A program made the position numbers and the translations under genes. A stretch of DNA of 64,000 nt, taken from assembly GCF_006345805.1 (NCBI RefSeq), contig NC_043020.1, positions 22,568,001 to 22,632,000 of the forward strand, read 5' to 3'. The notes below the pieces were generated by a model. The model was given only the letters and a program-made list of their open reading frames with translations, was not told where the DNA came from and made no database searches. This DNA is from Octopus sinensis (taxonomy: Eukaryota). Shown here in pieces: positions 53,548 through 64,000 of the stretch. Position 1 is the first letter of the stretch, and each line of letters opens with the position of its first letter.

Positions 53548-56500
53548 ATTATGCAAATTGGGAGTCTAATATATAGCAATTAGCAGAAAACCGCATGAAG
53601 AGTGATCTTTCTGCATGTTTAGGATGAATCATAACTGTTGACAGAGTTCTTAGCCTGAAAAGTGTTTTAGCTTCACCTTTTATTCAAACACATATACCTT
53701 AAGAACTTATTTTGTTAATATATATTTCTTTACTACCCACAAGGGGCTAAACACAGAGGGGACAAAGAAGGACAGACAAAGGGATTAAGTCGATTACATT
53801 GACCCCCAGTGTGTAACTGGTACTTAATTTATCGACCCCGAAAGGATGAAAGGCAAAGTCGACCTTGGCGGAATTTGAACTCAGAACGTAGCGGCAGATG
53901 AAATACCTATTTCTTTACTACCCAGAAGGGGCTAGACACAGAGGGGACAAACGGATTAAGTCGATTACATTGACCCCAGTGCGTAACTGGTACTTAATTT
54001 ATCGACCCCGAAAGGATGAAAGGCAAAGTCGATCTCGGCGGAATTTGAACTCAGAACGTAGCGGCAGATGAAATACCTATTTCTTTACTACCCACAAGGG
54101 GCTAGACACAGAGGGGACAAACAAGGACAAACGGATTAAGTCGATTACATTGACCCCAGTGCGTAACTGGTACTTAATTTATCGACCACGAAAGGATGAA
54201 AGGCAAAGTCAACCTTGGTGGAATTTGAACTCAGAACCTAACGGCAGACGAAATATGGCTATGCATTTCGCCCAGCGTGCTAATGTTTCTGCCAGCTCGC
54301 CACCTTTATTTTGTTAATATAGTTCCCTCTGAAATTAATTAAACCCTACCAGGGATATTGTTTGGCTTATATCTTTGTTAAATATCCCAATACTACAACT
54401 ATAATAGGGACTGAAATTTTGTTATATGGTGACACTGAAAAGGAAAAAATAGACTCAGCTGTCACTAAATGGACTTAATCACCAAGAATGTATCACTTGA
54501 CTTGTGAACCTCTCAGTAAGTATGCTGAGGATGTAGACGGGTGTAGCAGTGATGATGCTGATTTTTGACTGGTGTCTGTGTTTTCAAACGCCTTTGATAG
54601 AAAGAAAAACTGCTTGAAACAAAGGTAGGTATTATTAGAAAAAGCATCTGTCCAATCCATTCTAGTATGGACGAAACAGGCATTAAATGTGTGATTGGTG
54701 AATAAACATGCGTTTGCACATCGTGATGTCTGAGTTATAAATGTGTCATAAGACAAAGATGCAGTGAGCAAAATGATGGCAAAGAGCTGAGTGAGGGATT
54801 TTGGTTGCAATTAAGTATTCATCAAGGCCTCATGTTATTTAATCTTTTACTTGTTTCAGTCATTTGACTGTGGCTATGCTGGAGCACCGCCTTTAGTCGA
54901 GCAAATCGACTCCAGGACTTATTCTTTGTAAGCCTAGTAGTACTTATTCTACCGGTCTCTATTGTTGAACTGCTAAGTTACGGGGACGTAAACATACCAT
55001 CGACTGTCAAGCGATGTTGGGGGACAAACACAGACACAAACATATACACACATACATCATCATCATCATCATCATCATCATCGTTTAACGTCCGTTCTCC
55101 ATGCTACCATGGGTTGGACGGTTCGACCGGGGATCTGGGAAGCCAGAAGGCTGCACCAGGCTCCAGTCTAATCTGGCAATGTTTCTACAGCTGGATGCCC
55201 TTCCTAACGCCAACCACTCCGTGAGTGTAGTGGGTGCTTTTTACGTGCCACCTGCACAGGTGCCAGGTGAGGCTGGCAACGGTCGGATTGGTGTATTTTA
55301 TGTGCCACCGGCACGGAAGCCAGTCGAGGCGGTGCTGGCATCGACCACGAGTCGGATAGTGCTTTTTACGTACCACCAGACCAGGGATCCTGGCTGGTTC
55401 AATTCGATTTCGATTTCATTTGCCCCAACATGTCTTCACAAGCAAAGGGGGTTGGCATGGGTGCCTGTCGTACGGACGGATTGGAGTATTTTACGTGCCA
55501 CCGGCACGGAAGCCAGTCGAAGTGGCGCTGGCATCGGCCACGAGTCGGATAGTGCTTTTTACGTACCACCAGACCAGGGATCCTGGCTGGTTCAATTCGG
55601 TTTCGATTTATATGTATATATATGTATATATATATGTATGTGTATGTATATGTGTATGTATATATATATGTATATGTATATGTATGTGTATGTATATATA
55701 TATGTATATGTATATGTATGTATATATATATGTATATATATATACATATATACGACAGGCTTAGTTCTTATTGCACAGATAGCGAAGGATTTAGCAAATA
55801 AATTTGTAGAAACAATTTAGATTCAAGATTTCTCTGTAGACTTAAGTGGGGGTGCTGAAAAATTCCTGGCTTTAAGGGTACCACAAAAGGCTTGGTTGGA
55901 GACACAACCTTCTGAGTTTTTTTTTACAGGGCTTAGAAAAACTGAAGGACCACTGTAGTAAGTTTGTGAATCTGGGAGGAGAAATAACTGGTCCACCTGT
56001 ATTTTCTTTTACCCAAAGCCAGGAACTTTTTAGCACCTTGTATAAAAAGGTATTTGTTTGTTCCTTCTCGAGCCATGCCTGGCTCGTAAGGGCCAGTTTC
56101 TTGGTGTATAGGTTCCCCACCTGGACAGGACGCCAGTCCATCGCAGGTGAGCTGCAAGATGCAGGAAGAAAGAGTGAGAGAAAGTTGTGAAAGAGTCAGC
56201 AGAAGTTTCACCATTACCTTCTGCCGGAGCCGCTTATATTTCACTCATAAACACACACATCGTCCAGTCTGAGATTTGAACCTGCGATTCCTCAACCACT
56301 AGGCCATATGCCTCCACTTTAAAAAAGGTATAGTTTTAGTAACTATAAATGAAGACAGAATTCTGATATCATCAGGGAAAATGGTGATGCTTATTGTGTA
56401 GAGATGAAGTAGATAAGAATTTTGTTGAGTATGTTCAGTATAATCTGCTGGTGCACAGATGTAGTGGAATCAAAGATATGCTAAAATTTGAATAAAAAGT

Positions 56501-57745
56501 TCAATATTTCTCTTGTAAAAAGAATTGTAAAATTAATTTGGTTGTATCTGGGGAGAATCATTTTTTTGTGCCTTATAATGTAACGCACACACCGGTAAAA
56601 TTTCCACTCATTACTTATTTTTATTTTCCTAAAATTTTCGTTGTATCTTGAAACCTTTTCAATAGTCTTGACTCTGTCCATTATTTACACTGCATTCCTT
56701 TTTGTTTGTTTGTGCGTGGTCAGTGTGTGTGTGTGCATATGCTAAAATTTGAATAAAAAGTTCGATTGTGGCTGATACACATTAGTAGTCAGCACTCAGA
56801 GTACCAGTAAAATGAACTGCTTGCAATACTGAAATGGGATTATACAAGTGGTTGATAGTATCTGTGTGGTAACTTGATCAGCTGTGGAAGAAGGAGTTTT
56901 GAAAGCATAGTAACCAGAAGAAGAATAAGGCAAAAATAATCACGAGATATTTCTATCTAATGCTCTAACAGTTTTGTCTGTTAACTAACCTGAAGATTTG
57001 CATCATAATTTTCAAATTTCTGAGAACAGGTTTTTAACTGATGCAATCTCAGGTCAAATACATTAACTGCAGACATGCACTATTTCTCACATCTCTTTAA
57101 ATGTTTGACCATCAAGGTGTTTTATGAATGTGACTGATTGAATTATCACTTTCTGTCAGGTCACATATGGGATCTTTTCGGTTTGAACGGCAGTTTTTTA
57201 AAATAATTTCCCCGTAACTAAATACTTTTAAACTTCGTATACTGGTAGAATGTGTTTATAAAACATCTTTTTCTCTTGGCTTTATTGAGAAAATTCTATA
57301 GTTTGTAAGATATTTGTTGTTTTTTTTTCATCAATTTCTGCAATTTCAACCAATCAATAACGTCTATTGAGGTGAAAACATTCAGTGCCGTATGAATATG
57401 TCCCTCTTTTAAGAAACAGATTAGGTTTATTTTCATTTGTGAAGAAAAATAGATACCCTCCACTTACCATTAACCCTCACCCTAAAACAGATTGAAATGC
57501 AATAGATCGATATAGGATCATTCCGTATCATTCCACCACCACCTCACCCTAGGTCTTGTTGGGACTTTGCACTAGCCCTAACTTGGTCTGTGATACCCAG
57601 TAAACTATTCTTAAATAAGAATTATATTGTGAGTGACTTTTAAAGTTTGGCCAGCCAAGCCATCAACGGATTATAGCTGAAACTTGTTAAAGAATAATTA
57701 ATTTGTACTCAACCAAATGTACATTAATATATATATATATAAATA

Positions 57746-57779
<34 letters not shown>

Positions 57780-57897
57780 TATCACGTGATCACGTGACCG
57801 ACCAAACCATCAGATGTTGTTACACGTCGCTGGTCACAATGCGTTCACATTGTTTAGCCTTCGAATGACGCCACCCCGCTGGCTAAGCGAGCAGGCC

Positions 57898-57916
57898 ATA
57901 TATATATATATATATT

Positions 57917-57952
<36 letters not shown>

Positions 57953-58211
57953 CATATATATACATACATATATATATACATACATATATTATATGTATAT
58001 ATATACATATATATATATATATATTATATATATACATATATATAGTATATATATAATATATATATATATAATATATATACATACATATATATATATATAT
58101 ACATACATACATATATATATATACATACATACATATATATATATATATACATACATACATATATATTATACATACATACATATATATATATACATACATA
58201 CATATATATAT

Positions 58212-58244
<33 letters not shown>

Positions 58245-58596
58245 CATACATATATATATATATACATACATATATATATTATATACATACATATATATAT
58301 ATATTACATACATATTATATATATATATATATATATACATACATATATATATTATATACATATATATATACATACAATATATATATATATATACATACAT
58401 ATATATATACATACATATATATATACATAATATATATATATATATACATATATATACATACATATATTATATATACATATATATATATATATATATAACA
58501 TATATATATATACAACATATATATATATAATATATATATATATACAATATATATATATACAATATATATATATATACATACATATATATAATATAT

Positions 58597-58635
<39 letters not shown>

Positions 58636-58870
58636 CATATATTATATATACATATATATATACATACATATATATATATATATATACATACATATATATA
58701 TACATACATATATATATATATACATATATATATATACATACATATATATATTATAATATACATTATATATATATATATATATATATATAATAATATATAT
58801 ATATATGTATATATATACATATACACACACACACACACACACAACACACACACACATATATATATATATA
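57898..58870. repeat. ~1-kb compound (TA)n/(TACA)n/(CA)n microsatellite
   Basis: Directly visible; shorter tracts at 4885, 6110, 26520, 55610, 59105 and 62020. Confidence 0.97.
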
Positions 58871-58878
58871 GTTATATC

Positions 58879-59050
58879 GGAGTAAACACATAAATGTGAA
58901 ACAAGGTGGAAAAAAGAGTACTCAAATACCAGTGGTAGAGTAATATGCTTTATTTAAAGCAGCAGAAAATTCAACAAAACCTGTTACGGCAACGGGAAAC
59001 TCAGAGTAAAAGGTTTTGTTGAATTTTCTGCTGCTTTAAATAAAGTATAT
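58879..59050. mobile_element. Short fold-back insert whose spacer holds the 3' half of a hammerhead
   Basis: Arms 58943-58987/59006-59050; spacer CG-GCAA-CG G GAAAC UCAGA GUA; TATATAGTTATATC repeated on both flanks. Confidence 0.6.
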
Positions 59051-59104
59051 AGTTATATCTGTAAATGGCGAAGTTATCTTACCGTTTTTATCAATATACA
59101 TAAT

Positions 59105-59175
<71 letters not shown>

Positions 59176-59334
59176 AATTAGAAAAAAAAACACCTTTTAT
59201 CAATTCAAAATTTGATTTAGTATTTCTAAATTGATTTTTTTCCCTTGTAAGTTTGGATTTTATTCCCTCAATTAATAAACATTATATATATATATGCAAG
59301 GGAACGTTACCGCTGAGTTTGTTCTATTCGAGAT

Positions 59335-59527
59335 CGAAAGTGCGGCTGGAGACACTGAGCCAGCTTCACTCTAGATTCTATTGTTGAGCTTGTTTGGAGC
59401 TTTGCGTCGCCGAGAAAGGAATCCTTGGACAATTCTCTCGTTTCCAGCAATCAGAATATTTACTGGCGGAGTTCGACGACAACGCAGAACACAATTCATT
59501 CGTTGTTTACATCTGCCAACGGTAAGT
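59335..59527 (+). promoter_or_regulatory. Putative promoter / non-coding exon 1 of ZNF gene 5, donor GT at 59522; donor-less duplicate at 62718-62918
   Basis: CGAAAGTGCGGCTGGAGAC.. and CAACG|GTAAGTTGATAA; acceptor at 63524-63525. Confidence 0.6.
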
Positions 59528-62029
59528 TGATAAATGTTTGTTTTAATGCTGTAGTAATATCATTTAAATAATAGAATTGTGTCCCACTTGTCTGATAAGG
59601 TAATCATGGTAATTGTATGAATGGGGACAAAATATATAAACGGCATTGGTAAAAGATGTTTTCTTCAAGAATACAGGAATTATACTGAACTGAAAATAAT
59701 AACAATGTGAAGTATATTTGTCGTGCAGTTATTGTCTATACCTCGTTCAGAGATTTATTATTAAAATAATAACAATTTGGGGGAAAATATTTCCATATTC
59801 TTTTCTATAGATCTTATGATCAGAGCAAAAAAATTGTGCAATAGGTGTAAAACAACTTGCTCTAAACGAATATGAAAAAAAAAAAAAACGCGCGCTCGCG
59901 AAAGGGGTGGGGGGAGAGGACTTGGTAAAAAATAACATCGTGAATGTTTCGAGCCGCTTCACCGGGGCCAAGAAACAAAATAAAAATAAAAATAGCGTAA
60001 TATATGTAAAACTACTTGCTGTATACGAATACGACAAAAAAAAAAAATAATAAAACGATCGTGAAAGTGTGAGGGAGAGGGGGTGAGAGGACTCGGAAAA
60101 TTCACATCGTCAAACTATGGCCTTTAAATTATAGTGTTTGACTCGAGCCGGGAAAAAAATAGTGTAATTGGTGTAAAACTATTTGCTCTATACGAATATG
60201 ACAAAAAAAAAAAAAAATGCGCGCTCACGAAGGGGTGGGGGCTCGGAACCATCACGGTGTGAATTTTCCGAGTCCTCTCCCCCACCCCCTTTCGCGAGCG
60301 CGCATTTTTTTCATATTCGTTTAGAGCAAGTTGTTTTACACGTATTACACTATTTTTCTTTTGTTTTTTTGCTCGGGTAACAATCCTGCTTAGATGCTGT
60401 AGATTCAGAGTCCATAGAGATTTATTGGATACAATTTCCCAAACGGTTGGGGAGAGGAGTTTCGGAAAATTCACGCGATCTGACTTTTTTCCCACATAAC
60501 TTTCAGGAAAATGGATATCTTTTAATGAAAATCTATACAAATACTTTTCGAACGGCACAGATTATGAATTTGTGGGGAAAATTTCTTCCTAGTGGGGAGG
60601 AAGAGGAGTATCGGGAAAATGGTGTTTCGGATGAAGACCACGGAATTTCTCAACAAACCCTCGGTTGTTTCCGTGAAAACTCGACAATTCACTTCGGGTA
60701 TCTTCGTCACAGTTGTCTGTGTCTGTGCGTGCTTACACTCACACACACACAGACAAGAACAAGCATGCACACACACACATAAACGCACAAGCACGCACGC
60801 AAACACACACAGACAAGAACAAGCACGCACACACACACAACCCAGTTGCTTCTTCTCTCATTTTAGCAGCTGTTTGTATAAAAACTACCCTAACGTTACT
60901 GTGGCTATTTTAGCAGGGACTTTATGGCTGGATGCTCTTCCTAACCTCAATCACACGACAGAGTGGGCTCTGTGCTTGTTACGTGACACTAGCACTGGTG
61001 AGGTTAGTTTTGGCATGGTTTTTACAACTGGATGCCCTTCCAAATACCAACCACATTACAGTGTGGAGTGGATGCTTTTGACTTGGCAGCAGCCATGTAT
61101 ATCAATACAAAATTGTTAAGTTTCAATGTTGAATGTCTACACTTAGTCTGGCCTTGTCTCACGTATCACTCCACCACTACGTCACCCTAGGTCTGGTTGG
61201 GACTTTGCACCAGCCCTAAATTTGGTCTGTGATACCCAGTAAACTATTCTTGTTGGGGTTTTTTTTCTGCAATTTCAACCAATCAGTGACGTCTATTGAA
61301 GTAAAAAGCATTCTGTGCCTCGTTTAAGAAACAGATTGGGTTTATTTACATTTGTGAAGAAAATAAAGATACCCTTCCCTCCACCCCTAACCCTAAAACA
61401 TATTGAAATGCAATAGATCGATACTAGGGTTATAATTATGGGTGACAATTTCATATGACACTGCTAGAAAAACTGCCGTTCAAACCGAAAAGTTCCCTAT
61501 CCTTTAATACGAATAATATTAAGAATGACTGTTAAAGTTTTGGCTAGCCATCAACGGATTATAGCTGAAACTTTGATGTCGCCGTCAATATTTTCCTTGT
61601 TAAAGAATAATTAATTTGGTTGTATCTGGGGAGAGTCATTTTCTTTTTGTGCCTTATAATGTAACACACTCACCGGTAAAATTTCCACTCATTTCTTATT
61701 TTTATTTTCCTAAAATTTCCGTTGCGTCTTGCAACCTTTTCAATAGTCTTGACTCTGTCCGTTATTTACACTGCATTCCTTTTTGTTTGTTTGTGCGCAT
61801 TTGTGTGGGTCAGTGTGTGTGTGTGTAGCTATATACCATGCAAGTTTTGGCTAGATAGCCATCAACGGATTGTGGCTGAAACTTTGATGTCGCTGTCAAT
61901 ATTTTTCTTGTTAAAGAATAATAAATTTGTACTCTACCAAATGTACATTAATATATATATATATACTACTGAACACTACTTGGTAAAATTATTAATTAAT
62001 TTTACCCTTTTATTATTGACTATATATAT

Positions 62030-62079
<50 letters not shown>

Positions 62080-62084
62080 TATAT

Positions 62085-62369
62085 ATTTATTTATTTACGG
62101 AGATGCACTTGCATAGCGAGTGAATTGATCTGAGATCGTGTGCTGAAACGAAAACAATTGCAGCGTGGAAGATGTTTATAAGCCATTTAAGAAACACCCA
62201 AAAACCGTTAGATTCACTTCAACATTTAAATTTAAGAGATGGAGCACGGAGTTTTGTCAGTGAACAGGTCGCGGTCTCAAAGCGACGAAAGTATTTTGAC
62301 AAATTAAATTTAAATGTTGAAGTGTGTTTCTTAAATGGCTCATAAACACCTTCCACGCTGCAATTGTTT
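62085..62369. mobile_element. Fold-back insert in (TA)n; arms 62152-62235/62304-62369, with a hammerhead variant in the spacer
   Basis: AAACAATTGCAGCGTGGAAG.. / ..CTTCCACGCTGCAATTGTTT; same family as 18615-18757. Confidence 0.75.
62253..62303 (+). ncRNA. Minimal hammerhead ribozyme variant, G3-C8 core
   Basis: UUUGUCA GUGAACA G GUCGC-ggucucaaa-GCGAC GAAA GUAU UU^UGACAAA: perfect 7-bp stem I, 5-bp stem II, one extra G after A9. Confidence 0.65.
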
Positions 62370-63766
62370 ATATATATATATATATACACAATATACATTT
62401 ATACATGTGTGTATGGATGCATCAAGGCAAGAAATGAGTGTAATACTCTAAAACAGTGGTGGCGATTAAACTTTTGTTGGTGAACATGTTCTTTCACCTA
62501 AAATTTGCACCCAAATTAGTCCAAAAAAATCGGAAGGAGCAGGGAAAGACATGAGTTCATTCACGAAAGAGAAGCTAGGTTTGCTCAGTGGTTTATCATC
62601 GGAATTTGCGTCTGTTAATACCACCACGTCCTATTCATATTTTAGAGATTAAAATAATTTATTGAAAATGTTTGATACTTCTTGAAATATTCAACGTCCC
62701 CTTGTGACCTTATGACATATGCAAGGGAACGTTATCGTTGAGTTTGTTCTATTCGAGATCGAAAGTGCGGCTGTAGACATTGAGCCAGCTTCACTCTAGA
62801 TTCTATTGTTGAGCTTGTTTGGAGCTTTGCGTCGCCGAGAAAGGAATCCTTGGACAATTCTCTCGTTTCCAGCAATCAGAATATTTACTGGCGGAGTTCG
62901 ATGACAACGCAGAACACATCGATTATGATTACAAAGAAATTTGTGGCGAAAATTTTTTTCTGGTGGGGAGGGAGAGGAGTATCGGAATTCCTCCGTTCTG
63001 ACGGGGGGAATTTCCAAATTCCAATGCTTATTTCACCAGCTTTCGAAATGATCTTTTTTTTCACCCCTTTTCCACTCCAGCAATTTTAGCTTTTTTTTTT
63101 TTTTTTTCCGCTAGGCACTTAAAAACATGAAGCCTTTTTGGTAAAAAAAAAAAGTTGTAACTATTTACAGAGAAAATGTGTGAATTAAATGAGGATTTGG
63201 CTGTTGTTTCTAGCACATCCCAAGACTACCCTCCATGTTTTTTTCTATATTTTTCTCCTCATTAACACATGTTATAAAAAAATTTCTTAAATTTATTTTT
63301 TGGAACCCCACTTCCTGTGCCCCGATTGTTTCTGTTAATAATTTCAACTTTAAAATATTAGAGAATCGCCTTTTGGGGTCGATAAATTTATGCGTACTTA
63401 AATTTACTGGATGCTTTTAACATGGCAGCAGCCTTGTATATCGATACAAAATTGCTAAGTTTTAATGTTGAATGTTTACTCTTTAAATATCCTTAATATC
63501 TTATACTATTTCTATCTCATTTCAGAATATTGGATGGCATTGGCATTTAAGGGATATACCATCAATATTTATCACTTCTAGATAAAAGGAAGATTTTATA
63601 CAGACGTGAAATATTTCTAGAGTGAGACATTGCTCTTCTACATTGTCTGGAATTTGTAGATTCCTTTTTATTCTAATAAAATTTGGACAGATTTTCAAAG
63701 GAGTTTGCCACCGTTTCAATCAATCCAGGAATATATAAAAAGCAGTAAAAATATCCTTACAGAAGT

Positions 63767-64000
63767 ATGGATTTTTCTGAAGAATTGCCTAAGGAGGCAG
63801 AAGAATCTTCATTCTCTTTAGAATGTACCCTTGCTACTCAAAAGGATATGGATACAGAAGAGAAATTATATGAATGTGATATTTGTGGTAAATCATACTC
63901 TAAAAAACATATTTTAACTAATCACAGACGCATTCATTCCAGGAAAAAGTCACTTGAATGTAATATCTGTGGTAAATTATTCTATTACAAAAGTTATTTA
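63767..64000 (+). CDS. C2H2 zinc-finger protein (ZNF gene 5), 5' part; continues beyond the window
   Basis: 78 open codons [78 protein letters not shown]; not in the ORF track because there is no stop in the window. Confidence 0.85.
   Translation, partial: MDFSEELPKEAEESSFSLECTLATQKDMDTEEKLYECDICGKSYSKKHILTNHRRIHSRKKSLECNICGKLFYYKSYL

Noticed and set aside
55101-55820. 239-aa ORF and similar ORFs at 1946, 15206, 30715, 49033
   Set aside because: Read through SINE copies and microsatellites
57814-58857. Y/I/M/C-rich ORFs
   Set aside because: Translations of the (TA)n/(TACA)n microsatellite

Overview
AT-rich, repeat-dense eukaryotic DNA, almost certainly an octopus/coleoid cephalopod (inferred from gene architecture and SINE types). 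The backbone is a tandem, same-strand cluster of five KRAB-less C2H2 zinc-finger genes: one frameshifted pseudogene (10613-11818), three intact 17-18-finger ORFs (27732, 37459, 47334) and one running off the right edge (63767). Each has a conserved non-coding first exon (motif CGAAAGTGCGGCT ... G|GTAAG) 2.3-4 kb upstream of a single coding exon. The spacers contain tRNA-derived SINEs, MITEs, a Helitron-like element, pogo and mariner relics, CR1/RTE LINE fragments, CsRN1-like Gypsy pieces and a 5.7-kb satellite grown from a coding fragment. The most unusual signal is a set of unrelated non-coding inserts, mostly fold-back (palindromic) and in (TA)n tracts, that carry minimal type-I hammerhead ribozyme motifs of the Penelope-like-element kind. 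They show three different, compensating 3-8 core pairs (C-G, U-A, G-C), and three of them lie on the sense strand of the 5'UTR intron of a zinc-finger gene. All calls were made by eye; repeat boundaries are approximate, and no ribozyme activity or transcription is demonstrated.
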